This document shows positions 40,812 through 53,790 of a stretch of DNA of 64,000 nt, in pieces. Within the stretch, counting starts at the first letter, position 1. Each line of letters opens with the position of its first letter. Source of the DNA: Octopus sinensis (Eukaryota); NCBI RefSeq assembly GCF_006345805.1, contig NC_043012.1, positions 7,936,001-8,000,000 of the forward strand, read 5' to 3'. The position numbers and the translations under genes were made by a program. The notes beneath the pieces were generated by a model. It did not search any database. It was not told the DNA's origin and worked only from the letters and a program-made list of their open reading frames with translations.

Positions 40812-41220
40812 GGCGCAGGAGTGGCTGTGTGGTAAGTAGCTTGCTAACCAACCACATGGTTGCGGGTTCAGTCCCACTGCATGGCATCTTGGGCAAGTGT
40901 CTTCTGCTATAGCCCCGGGCCGACCAATGCCTTGTGAGTGGATTTGGTAGACGGAAACTGAAAGAAGCCTGTCGTATATATGTATATATATATATATATA
41001 TATGCGTGTGTGTATATGTTTGTGTGTCTGTGTTTGTCCCCTTAGCATTGCTTGACAACTGATGCTGGTGTGTTTACGTCCCCGTCACTTAGCGGTTCGG
41101 CAAAAGAGACCGATAGAATAAGTACTGGGCTTACAAAGAATAAGTCCCGGGGTCGATTTGCTCGACTAAAGGCGGTGCTCCAGCATGGCCGCAGTCAAAT
41201 GACTGAAACAAGTAAAAGAG
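40812..41220 (+). mobile_element. Full-length SINE family A with 19-bp TSD
   Basis: Flanked by TAACTAACTAACTTAACTA at 40793-40811 and 41221-41239. Confidence 0.9.
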
Positions 41221-42384
41221 TAACTAACTAACTTAACTAACATAACAGAGTGGGTGTTAGCAATGAGGTTTTTTGAAATCTTTCATGCAACAGTCAACAG
41301 CCCTGCTGCTCATGCCTGCAGTGGTCCTACAGTTCATGCTCACTTACTCAAGACACCAAAGATGCAGGTTTTAGGAAAGAAAGGAAAAAAGAAAAACAAC
41401 AGGTTGAAAAAAAAACAAAACACAAACAAAAATAAACTGGAAGAATAAAAGCAAATTTCATTTTTTGTTTGTTGTTTTTTTTTAACTAAAACATGTATAC
41501 ATTGATGGGATGTCAAGGTGAAGTTCTTTAAGAAATGGTAAAGTTTGATTTGGTTTATTCACAAAAGAAAAAAAAAAAACAGTAGGCACAAAAGATTTGA
41601 ACAGGAAATCTGAATTATCCTCCTCATCACCCATCCCTAAACACAAGCAAGTTTCAATGATAGGCTTGTAAAATTGTTAAAATTTCGTTTTTAATTAAAA
41701 AAAAAAAATGAGTAAAAATCTCAACTGCTTTTGATTTATATAATCTTATGTGTTTGTGTGTGTATATTATATACACCTATCTATATATATATTACATATG
41801 TATGCTTGTGTGTGTATATTACATACACCTATCTATATATATATATTACATAGGTATGCATGTGTGTGTGTGTGTGTGTGTTTATGCAATGAGTATAAGC
41901 AATAATATGAAAGCCACAAAGACAATTGAGAGATGTTGGCTGGAGATTAAGGACAAATTTAACTCCATTTTAATCAGTCTGAAGTGGGATACAGACACTA
42001 GGTTTAATCTGTAGGAAGATCCTAAGACAAACACTTAGACAAATATATGAATGTACAGATAAACCACACATAGACACACACACGTGTGTATATATATATG
42101 TATATATATATAGACAGAAACTAAAAGAAGTTCCCTATCATATATATACATATATATATATCATCATCATCGTTTAACGTCCGTTCTCCATGCTAGCATG
42201 GGTTGGACGGTTCGACCGGGGATCTGAGAAGCCAGAAGGCTGCACCAGGCTCCAGTCTTATCTGCCAGCTGTAGAAACATTGCCAGATAAGACTGGAGCC
42301 TGGTGCAGCCTTCTGGCTTCCCAGATCCCCAGTCGAACTGTCCAACCCATGCTAGCATGGAGAACGGACGTTAGACGATGATGA

Positions 42385-42423
<39 letters not shown>

Positions 42424-43659
42424 AGGGAACTTCTTTTAGTTTCTGTCTACCAAATCCACTCACAAGGCTTTGGTTACATATACATACACACATATAAAAT
42501 ATACAAAGATATACACACAAACACACATATTTATATATACATGTATGTACATATACATGTATATGTGCACAGCCATTCTATGGTTTCACTTTGCTTTTAG
42601 CTGATTTTTTTTTTTCATTCTATGTCAACCACCAGAAACACCAACACTTCTACATTGGTTTTTTCCATTTCACTTCTTCCATAGTGATGTAGGCCACCAC
42701 TCTAAATTAACAATTGACTTGGGTTTTTTTTCTTTCTTTGCGTGTGTGGTAAATCTTTTTCAAGAATGAGTTAATTATCATTTCAAATAACAAAAAAGAG
42801 AGACTTCTTCACTGGAAATGTAAATTGGAAACAATGGCAGAAACTGCAAAATCATTTAATATGAATAAAGTAACTGTCTGAACAATTAAAAAGAAACCAA
42901 GAGAAAAATCAAAGCCGGTTTAACCAGTGGTTTTTTCCAACTACATTAAAACATAAACATACACTACACCTGTATAGGAGGAATACAGAGACAATGGAAA
43001 AAAGGTTTGTTATTTTATGCAGAAGATAATGCTGAAGTTATAACTGTATATATCTGTATAGTTACCAAATCCACTCACAAGGCTACAGTAGAAGACACTT
43101 GCCAAAGGTGCCACGCAGTGGGTCCGAACCCAGAACCATGTGGTTGGTTAGCAAGCTACTTACAACACAGCCACTCCTGAGCTTGCTAACCAACCACATG
43201 GTTCTGGGTTCAAACCCACTGCGTGGCACCTTTGGCAAGTGTCTTCTACTGTAGCCTTGGGCTGACCAAAGCCTTGTGAGTGGATTTGGTAACTATATAT
43301 ATATATATACATATATTTAAAAATGCATACACACAGATGATTATATTTATTATTCCTATTATTTCATCATTTCAATAAATAATTCCATAAATTTTGTTGT
43401 TGCTTTAGTGCTTTCTTTTTTATCTACTTCATTTCACACAATTTCAATTTGCACAGTGGTTCACAGGGCAACAGTATACATATTATATATATATATATAT
43501 ACCAGATTTTAAAGTGTATAAGGAACCCTCTAATTCTTGGAGCTTACAATTTGGAAAAAAGGTTTTGTAAGGGATTATAATACTATCCAAGTATAAGAAA
43601 CTCCCATATTTTTTGACAAAAAATATATTCCTTATATATGTTAAAATACGGTGTGTGAT

Positions 43660-43703
<44 letters not shown>

Positions 43704-45457
43704 CACACGCTTCTTATGCTTCAACAACATCCTCGGATATTTCTCTCTCGGTTTTATATATATGTATGTGTGTATATATGTGTGTGTATGTATGTATGTG
43801 TATGAATGTATGTGTATATATATATATATATATATCATACTCTTTTACTCCTTTACTTGTTTCAGTCATATGACTGTGGCCATGCTGGAGCACCGCCTTT
43901 AGTTGAGCAAATCAACCCCAGGACTTATTCTTTGTAAGCCTAGTGCTTATTCTATCAGTCTCTTTTACTGAACTGCTAAGTTACAGGGATGTAAACACAC
44001 CAGCATCGGTTGTCAAGCGATGTTGGGGGGACAAACACAGACACACACACATATACATATATACGACGGGCTTTTTTCAGTTTTCGTCTACCAAATCCAC
44101 TCACAAGGCTTTGGCTGGCCCGAGGTTATAGTAGAAGACACTTACCCAAGGTGCCACACAGTGGGACTGAACCTGGAACCATGCGGTTGTAAGCAAGCCA
44201 CTCCTGTGCCTATATATATATATTATACATTTTGCAAATATATGTGTATATATTCCAAATGGAGTTGATAAGATTTACAACCTTCTATGTCAATAAACCA
44301 CTACTGTTCCTAAAAGTTGTTTTTATACACTCTATGGACTGCTCAAAGCTAACTTCCTACACATTTACATATTACTATATATATATATATATATATATAC
44401 TATTCACACACACAAACATATATATATATATATTCTTATGACATTCTGTTTAGTGGGTTGCTAATACTCCTTGTCTTTTTTTTTTGTTTTGATTACCTAG
44501 CTGTTCTATCATCTGTGCAGCATCCTGCCCTGAAATGATTGAGCTAATTCCAATATTAACATATCCAAGTATTCCTAGTTTCCATAGAAGAAATAATTAC
44601 CTGTTCCTCTCATCAAAGACCTATAAACCCAATCGCACTTTATATTCATCAAAATAAGAAATTCCTGTCCCTTTTTAAACCTCGAAAAATTTCACTACTG
44701 GTGATAATGATAATGATGATGATGACAATAATAATAATAATTGGCACAAGGCCAGCAATTTTGAAGCGGGGTTCAGTCCATTAAATCAACCTCAACAATG
44801 GTAACTGACCCCAAAAGGATGAATGACAAAGTTGACTTCTGCAAGATTTGAACTCAGAAGACAAAGAACTGGCGCAAATAACAAATGAATTTTGTCGAAT
44901 GTCTGCCTACCCACCACCCTAGTAATAATAATAATAATAATAATAATCCTTTCTACTGAAGGCACAGGGCCTGAAATTTTGGGGGAAGGGGAAAGTCGAT
45001 TACATCACCCCCAATACACAACTGGTACTTATTTTATCAACTCCGAAAGGATGAAAGGTAAGCTGACCTCGGCTAAGCATTTTGCCCAGCATGTTAACGA
45101 TTCTGCTTGCTCGCTGCTTTAAGAATAATATAATAATAATAATAATAATCCTTTCTACTGAAGGCACAGGGCCTGAAATTTTGGGGGAAGGGGAAAGTCG
45201 ATTACATCACCCCCAATACACAACTGGTACTTATTTTATCAACTCCGAAAGGATGAAAGGTAAAGCTGACCTCGGCTAAGCATTTTGCCCAGCATGTTAA
45301 CGATTCTGCTTGCTCGCTGCTTTAAGAATAATAATAATAATAATAATAACAACAACAACTGTAGTAATCATAAAAATAATGGTAATGATAATAATAATAA
45401 TAATGATGACAATGAAGAAAATGTGATGAAATTTAAAAAAAATAAAATAAATGGAAT

Positions 45458-46067
45458 TTAATTACATATTTTCTTAGGAGGACTTTCTAATTGCTCACAC
45501 TCCTCTTCTTCATTAGTTCCTTCATTTGAAATGAGGGTAGCGAGTCGTTTATTTACAGGTGGAATGCAGTTTTCATTTGAATCTTCAGTATCAGTCAAAT
45601 CTGGATCGTCCTCTGTCAACTGCACCACGTCTTTCTTATCCTCTTCTGTTTTGATAGCTATAGGCACTGGATCTTCGGAGTCTTCAGTTTCCGTCTTCTC
45701 ACACTTGACTGCATCTGTAGACTCAGCTTTTGCAGAATTGGCGAGTTTCTCGCGATACACGTCTCGTCTGGATTTCTTACGCTTCAACAACATCCTCGGA
45801 CATTTCTCTCTCGGTTTCGTATTTACAGACTTCAGAACGAAAGAGAAGCCGGAGTACTCTGGTATGTCAACATCGAGTAGCTGGCAGACTCCCTTCATCA
45901 CTCTGTCGACATATGCATTGATGCGTAAGTCACAAAGACGATCGAGTGGCGTTGGCTGTAGGTTAACGAGAATGAGTTTACCTCCGTTTTTCTTTGTTAA
46001 AACAGGGATACGTCCACTTGGTTTAATCTGTAAGGAGGTGCCAAGACAAACGCTCAAATCTGCAAGT
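45458..46067 (-). CDS. SIRT6: NAD-dependent deacylase sirtuin-6, coding exon 6 (last)
   Basis: tttcag|A CTT GCA GAT TTG AGC...; LADLSVCLGTSLQIKPSG...LILVNLQPT...DLRINAYVDRVM (sirtuin GTSL and VNLQ motifs), then an acidic tail and TAA at 45458. 610 nt. Confidence 0.95.
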
Positions 46068-48667
46068 CTGAAATAAACGAAAACAATAAGATACTTAAAA
46101 AATAAAAAAGAGAAAAAAAAAAGAATATCTTTAGCACCATTTAAAGGAACTTAGTAAAAGCAAAGAAAAACCCAAAGATTTGATGAAAGGAGAAAATATC
46201 AATCCTTTAGTTTCCACATTTCTACTGAAATACACTGACTTTGTTGCAATTAATTTAGAAAATAACTAAGAATTTAGTAAAATAATTTTACCATCATTAC
46301 CAGGCAAGGTTGGCAACGGCCACGAACGGATGGTGGCACGTAAAAAGCACCATCCATTCGTGGCCGTTGCCAGCCTCGCCTGGCCCCCGTGCCGGTGGCA
46401 CATAAAAACCACCATCCGATCATGGCCGTTTGCCAGACTCATCTGGCACGTAAAAAGCACCCACTACGCTCACGGAGTGGTTGGCGTTAGGAAGGGCATC
46501 CAGCCGTAGAAACATTGCCAGATCAGACTGGACCTGGTGCAGCCTTCTGGCTTCCCAGACCCCAGTTGACTTGTCCAACCCATGCTAGCATGGGAAGCGG
46601 ACGCTAAACGATGATGATGATGATTAAGTTAGTGTTTGCAATGTAAATTAACAGTGAAATTTTTATTCAAGGGTTTAATTTAGATCCCTTTAAACCTGGT
46701 CTCAGGAGGGGAGTATCAAAAGGGTTAAGACAAATATGATGGAAAGACCAGGAAGCTAAATCACATGACTAGGATAATGTACTGCCAATGTAGGTTGGTA
46801 TTAAAAGGGTTAAACTACACAGAGTTAAAAATCACTGAAATAGTAGCACTGTCTGTAAACTCTTCATCATCATCATCATCATTTAGCGTCCACTTTCCAT
46901 GCTAGCATGGGTTGGACGGTTCAACTGGGGTCTGTGAAGCCAGAAGGCTGCACCAGGCCCAGTCTGACATTGCAGTGTTTCTACGGCTGGATGCCCTTCC
47001 TAATGCCAACCACTCCGTGAGTGTCGTGGGTGCTTTTTACGTGCCACCCACACAGGTGCCAGACGGGGCTGGCAAACGGCCACAATTGGATGGTGCTTTT
47101 TACGTGCCACCGGCACGGGGGCCAGGCAAGGCTGGCAACAGCCACTATCGGATGGTGCTTTTTATGTGACACCGGCACGGAGGCCATTCGGGGCGGCGCT
47201 GGCAATGGACACGGTCGGGTGGTGCTTTTTACGTGCCACCGGCATGGGGACCAGGCGAGGCTAGGGTGTTCTGGTCATTTACCAAGAGACTTTTGCTTAC
47301 TTTGCAGAAACCTCCCATCAAAAACACCTTAACCAAAATATTGGTTTCAAATTTTGGTAGAAACTCAGCAAGTTCAGAAGAAGGAGAAGTTAATTAGATC
47401 AACCCCCCAGTGCTCAACTGGTACTTATTTTATCAACCATGAATGGATGAAAGGCAAAGTCAGCCTCAGCAGACTTTTGTCTGTCTTTACACTCTGAGCT
47501 CAAATTCTGCTAAGCATTTTGTCCAACATGCTAACAATTCTGTTAGCTTGCCACCGTCCTTAACCAAAATATTGATTATTTACATTGGTAGAATAAGACT
47601 GGATTTAGGAAGAGTAGTGGAGCTGACACCGATACTTTACTTTTCAATCCTGGAACGATGATTGGCAAAGTTGATCACACTGGAATTTGAAGTCCACAGA
47701 ATATATATTGCAAGACTATATAAAGGTGATGGGGTAGGCTCCACTGGTCAACTGACCATTCATATACGTAGAAACCTGGACATGTTTTTTTTCTTCAATA
47801 AAACAGGAAGTTGCTCTTCTCTCTATGCTACCAATGTTCAACAAAGAAAAAGGCCTCCAGCTTAGGATGATATAGGTAGGCATCAGTGTTGTTAGAATGC
47901 AAACAGCCAGAATAGATGTTCCAAGGAATCTTACCTGATGCTCTTACAGTTCTGTGCTAAACCATTGTCTTTGGATTTATACTTTTTTTAGTGACCCCCC
48001 AAAAGGATAAAAGCAAAGTTGACCAAAATAGGATTTGAACTCAAACACAGAAATTTGGGGCAAATAGCAAGAGAGGTATTTGATCCTCTGTTCTAATGAC
48101 TCTACCAATTTACAGTCTTTGAAATTTATAAGACTCAAACTAAACACTGCCATCAGCAATTTGTGTGAGGAGCACAGAAGACACAAGAGAATGGGGGAGA
48201 GACATCACAGAGTGGGTGATAGGAGGAGGAGGAGACATAACAATTAATCAAAAGAGAGAGAGAGAGAGTATGGAGTGAGTGATGAGAGGAGAATGTATTG
48301 AAATGAGAGAATGGGAAGATGATGAATATCAAAGAGGAAGATCAGAGGCACTTCAGAATAAGTGATGAGTAGAGGAGAGACACAGAAAAGGTGATGGGAG
48401 GAGGAGAGATATTATATGTCCTGTCTTTTACTTGTTCAATCATTGGATTGCAGCCATGATGGGACAACACCTTGAAGAATTTTTAGGTAAATGAATTGAC
48501 TCCAGTACTTTTTTTTTTCCGTTTTTCAAGTTAGATACTTAGTCTAACAATCACTTTTTGCTGAACTGCTAAGCTACAGGGGATGTAAATATAGCAACAC
48601 TGGTTGTCAAGCAGTAGGGGGTACACAAACACACACAAATATATATGTGCGTGCTTGTGTGTGTGTG

Positions 48668-48872
48668 CGAGCCATGTACAGGGACGCTATTAGTAAGGTG
48701 AGGGTTGGCAATGAGTACAGTGAAGAATTCCGGGTAGAGGTAGGGGTCCACCAAGGTTCAGTCCTCAGCCCCCTCCTATTTATCATAGTTCTCCAGGCAA
48801 TAACAGAGGAATTCAAGACAGGATGCCCCTGGGAGCTCCTCTATGCTGATGACCTTGCTCTAATTGCCAAGT
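48668..48872 (+). mobile_element. RTE-type reverse transcriptase fragment
   Basis: MYRDAISKVRVGNEYSEEFRVEVGVHQGSVLSPLLFIIVL...LLYADDLALIA (QGSVLSP and YADD motifs). Confidence 0.9.
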
Positions 48873-48886
48873 CACTATATATATAT

Positions 48887-48933
<47 letters not shown>

Positions 48934-49795
48934 TTGAGGAGACCTATTGAGTCAAGTACATCAACATCAAAAATCAAATGGAAATTGTATTTGTGATACC
49001 TGTGCCGGTGGCACATAAAATGTACCATCCGAACATGGCCGATGCCAGCGCTGTCTTGACTGGTTTCCGTGCTGGTGGCACGTAAAAAGCACCAACCAAT
49101 CGTGGCCGGTGGCACATAAAAAGCACCCACTACACTCACGGAGGGGTTGGTGCTAGGAAGGGCATCCAACTGTAGAAACACTGCCAGATCAGACTGGAGC
49201 CTGGTGCAGCCTCCTGGCTTCCCAGACCCCGGTCGAACCGTCCAACCCATGCTAGCATGGAAAACAGACGTTAAGCGATGATGATATATATATACACACA
49301 CATAGTGGGTTTCTTTCAGTTTCTGTCTACCAAATCCACTCACAAGGCTTTGGTCAGCCCAAGGCTATAGTAGAAGACACTTGCCTGAGGTGTCATGCAG
49401 TGGGACTGAACCCGGAGCCATGTGGTTTGGAAGCGAGCTCCTTACCACACAGCCATGCTTCAGAGAATGAAAATAATGAGGAAGAGAGACATGTAATAGA
49501 CAACAAGAGGAAGAGAGGTTGGCGTAACAGGTGGAGGGCAGAATACATCTAGCAATGTTCATGGGGGTGGTGGTGGTAGCAAAGACAGGGAAATAAGAGA
49601 GCATTTTCTGTGAGTGAGAATTTGGAGCATGATGGTAGAAATTCCTTGCTATTCAATAACTTTTGGATGTGGTCTAGGATGTTTTTTTAATTTTTTTTAG
49701 CGTTATTATTGCCAATGTCTTTGGTCATTCAAAGAATTTAGCAACAAAAACTATTCAAGATTTAGTGATTAAGAATTTTTTTGAAAATGGATTAC

Positions 49796-49876
49796 TTTGC
49801 TTCCGTGTTGGCAGTTTCGAGATCATCTTCAGGTAAATTATCTTCCCAGTCCAATATTGTGTCAGTCAATTGGCCC
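49796..49876 (-). CDS. SIRT6: SIRT6 coding exon 5
   Basis: tttcag|G GGC CAA TTG ACT GAC ACA ATA TTG GAC TGG GAA GAT...GCA AA|gtaatc; (R)GQLTDTILDWEDNLPEDDLETANTEA(K). DTILDWED is SIRT6-specific. 81 nt, phase 2/2. Confidence 0.95.
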
Positions 49877-51607
49877 CTGAAATAATAATAATAATAATAT
49901 GATTTCTTTTATTAGCTACATGGGACAAAGACATGGAGGACAATATCGAAGGATGAGTTACAGAACACAAAAAAAAAAACAAAAACAAAAAATACAAAAA
50001 CAGGTAGGGTTTACATCGATGAAAGAGAGATACTATCACATTAATGGGTATAAGAGAGGATATATAATAGATATTAGAGAAATAAATAAATAGAATCTCC
50101 AATGGTGGGGCAGTCCACTTTGGGTATTCTGGGGGTAAACACCATGCAAAAACCTCCAGATTACTCTGCTATCCCCAAGGCATGGGAAAGTGCCCTCTTC
50201 CAGTTTCTTTCCTCCTGCTTGGAAAAGCATATTCAGGGTCAGTCAATTTGGTCTCCTTAGTCTTGCCACTGTCAATCACCTTTTCATAAGCATACTAAAT
50301 GGCAGCACCTCCCTCTCTATCCTAACCTTCCTCTTCAAATGATATTTGAAGAAATTGAGGTGGACTTGGCCAGATAGGGAAATGCCTGTCTTCAAACCTT
50401 TCATATCTGTCCACCACATAGCCTCTCTTGCTACAGACACAGTTTCTGATCTTTTGTCTTGGTATAAAAGATGGGCTACAGCAAATATTCTGCTCAATAC
50501 CACAAATTTGCTTGTTAGTCGCTTGACCTCAACCAGTTGAGCATGTCCCTAAGTGGCTGACGATATGTGCATCTCTGATCATGAGCAGACGTAGCAGAGG
50601 AGCATCTTAGCAATGTGTTGAGAGGAATTCTTTGAGATTTGAATAATTCCCACCGTTTTTGTTCATCATCCTTATTCAGGGACCTCTTGAGCTGGATGGG
50701 CTACTGGACCTGAAGAAAATTCTAACCGGACCCCACCTATGAAGTCCCCATGTTGTGTACATATGGTTGTGATGCTTCTGCCTGTTGTAGTCTTATCAGA
50801 TGGGTAGTTATGATGGGTGTATTAGGCTTCGTATATTTGCACCCTAGTGTCACTTTGATAGCATGAGCTGCTCCCATCATCATCATCGTTTAACGTCTGT
50901 TTTCCATGCTAGCATGGGTTGGACGGTTCGACTGGGGAGCCAGAAGGCCTCACCAGGCTCCAGTCTGATCTGGCAGTGTTTCTACAGATGGATGCCCTTC
51001 CTAACGCTAACCACTCCGTGAGTGTAGTGGGTGCTTTTTATGTGCCACCGGCACAGGGGCCAGAGGAGGCTGGTAATGGCCACGATTGGTTGGTACTTTT
51101 TACATGCCACCGGCACAGAAGCCAGTCAAGGCGGTGCTGGCATCAGCCACATTCGGATGGTGCTTTTTTTTATGTGCCACTGGCATGGGAATCACAATCA
51201 CAACCTCCGCTCAACCCTCATCTTGATGTTGATGTACCTGACTCAATAGGTCTCCTCAAGCACAGCAGGTCGCCCTATGATCCAAGGTACTTCTGAATGG
51301 GCTGTGGCCTGCTATGCGAAACTGGTGCAGGATACAGCTGTGAACCCACCCTACCTGCCGGGTCCTCGCAGTCACAGCACATCTCCAGAGGTCTCAGTCC
51401 TTCATCATTGCCTCTGCGAGGCCATACATATATATACATGTGTGTGTATTGTGTCTGTGTTTGTTCTTCCCCACCACCGACGCTTAGAAACGGATATGTG
51501 TGTGTGTGTATATATATATATGTATGCTTTTCAAAATGTGACCTCGTGTGTACCGTTGGCGATTTTTTTCCCCTGTCTTCCCTTCTCTGGATCTTTCCTT
51601 CTCCTAT

Positions 51608-51642
51608 GTTTCCGACGAAGAGCTCCGCTCGAAACGTTAAGC
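51608..51642 (+). ncRNA. Minimal hammerhead-like motif, core variant CCGACGA
   Basis: GTTT CCGACGA A GAGC tcc GCTC GAAAC GT T AAGC inside a ~190-bp insert between (TA)n runs; U4 is replaced by C. Confidence 0.5.
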
Positions 51643-51758
51643 CCTCCTTCTTTCCTGAGCGTTCAATAATACTATATCTGTTCCACGTCCTCACGTTGTT
51701 GTGTTTTTTTGTGCTTTCTCGTTTGGATTAACTATATATATATGTATGTATATATATT

Positions 51759-51803
<45 letters not shown>

Positions 51804-52433
51804 GCAGAAAAATGGTTTTAAATTTCGGCACAAGACCAGCAATTTTAGGGAGAAGGGGCTAGTTGATTAGATCGACCCCAGTTCTTGGAACTGAAGAATG
51901 CCGCTTATATGATGGTGACACTAGTTTATGAGTGCATATCAACTAATGATGTAAACATCACTGACAAAAAAAAAAGTGTTTCTCAAACTAATATATCTTG
52001 TGATATTTGTTCTGCACCTAGTTACATAAGACTCCCTTGCCCCCATTTCACTGCCAAAATACAAAGAACCAGAGACTGACCGTTGGTAACATTCCCCACC
52101 AAAAAACAAAACAAAAAAACCAGTAACCAACAGCACTAAGTCACCGTTTGCCATGAGTGTGTCAAGGGAGATAATCTGCTCAGTCTCATGGTTTTATCTC
52201 AAGCCACCAATGAGGTTATATATCGCTAAGTTTTCTTAAATATATTCTAAATTAATAAAAAATATTATCCATCCCCCCACCAAAGGTCTGTATGTAAGCA
52301 ATATTGAAATCCTATATTTCCTCCTATCCTCATCGATTGTCTGGGTATATAAAATTTTACATTTACACGAAATGTTTAGTATATGATGTTTGTGCATATA
52401 CATTTGTAGCATAGGAGATTGAAATGATAATCT

Positions 52434-52844
52434 GGATCTTTTCGGTTTGAACGGCAGTTTTTTCTAGCGGTGTCATATGAAATTGTCACCCATAATTATG
52501 ACCCTAATATCGAACTATTGCATGTCAATCTGTTTTAGGGTCAGGGTTAGGGGGAAGGGTATTTTTTTTTCTTCACAAATATAAATAAACCCAATCTGTT
52601 TCTTAAACGAGGGACATATTCATACGGCACAGAATGGTATTTACCTCAATACACGTCATTGATTGGTTGAAATAGCAGAAATTGAAGAAAAAAAACAACA
52701 AATATCTTACAAACTATAGAATTTTCTCAATAAAGCCAAGAGAAAAAGATGTTTTATAAACACATTCTACCAGTATGTGAAGTTTAAAATTTTTTAGTTA
52801 TCTAGAAATTATGTTAAAAATTTCCGTTCAAACCCAAAAGATCC
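52434..52844. mobile_element. Second copy of the GGATCTTTTC MITE with 8-bp TSD
   Basis: GATAATCT|GGATCTTTTCGGTTTGAACGG ... CCGTTCAAACCCAAAAGATCC|GATAATCT; the interior is homologous to 21213-21646. Confidence 0.85.
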
Positions 52845-52999
52845 GATAATCTTTATGAAAACGTTGTTTAGCTTTCATAATTTACTACTGTGCTGCAAAT
52901 ATTCCATATCAATTACATTTATTTAAGTTTTGTAATGATACAGAGCTACAACATCCCTTTGAATCTACCTTTAAAAATTGCTCCTCTCTCTCTCTCTTT

Positions 53000-53790
53000 C
53001 TGTTCTTGCTTGATGGGTCTGGGGTCATCCCAGATTAGCAATCTCAGAGGCACCATTGTGCATAGAGCTGATCAGGTTCACCAGTGCCCCCACCCCCACC
53101 CCGCCAATGTTGGCGATCCCATGCCAGCTCTTCTGCATCCTCCAAGGTGATGTTGAGTCTTTGGAGATCTTCTTTAACCATGTCCAGCCACCTGGAGTGG
53201 GGCCTGCGATAGGGATTCTTCCAGCCTGCAGCTGCTGTTGAACAAGACTAAGGCACTGTTACGATGATGTATCTTCAGCTCTTCGTTTGAAATGCAATGG
53301 TACCATCTGATGTTCTCGATGGTCCTCGGGGCTCTGCTATTGAGGTCATTGATCCTCTTTGCCAGGGTCTTTATGAGGTGGGGGGGACATGTTTCTGCTC
53401 CATAGAGGAAAGCTGAGGACCGATGCGTTGTCTTCGGGGAGATAGAACAGTGGCACCAAAGGGGTTTCTATCGGGAGTACATAACATTGGCACCCAGAGC
53501 ACATCTGTGGTTAATCTCTGGGGTCAGGTCTCCATCTTTGGTGAATGTGGTGCCCAGGTAGATGAAGGAGTGGACAAACTCCAAGATGCTGGGGCCAATA
53601 TGCATCACTACCATCATGCATCAGCTTGGTCTTCGCCCAACTCCCCTGAAGGCCATGCTTTGCTGATTTCTCTCGGTATATGGTCAGTGCGTCCCTGAGC
53701 AGGTCAACTGAGTTGCTGAATAGGGTGGCATCATCTGCATACTCTAGATCAGTAAGGAGGTAATTCCCAAATTTATTCACCTTACTTCGA
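53000..53790 (-). mobile_element. Degenerate RTE-type LINE fragment
   Basis: LLTDLEYADDATLFS...LRDALTIY on the minus strand, followed by frameshifted downstream ORF2 sequence. Confidence 0.75.

Noticed and set aside
45531-46076. 181-aa + strand ORF
   Set aside because: Antisense shadow of the SIRT6 last exon.
51888-51930. CTGAAGA...GACACTAGTT hammerhead-like relic
   Set aside because: GAAA is broken and there is no stem I; too degenerate to support.
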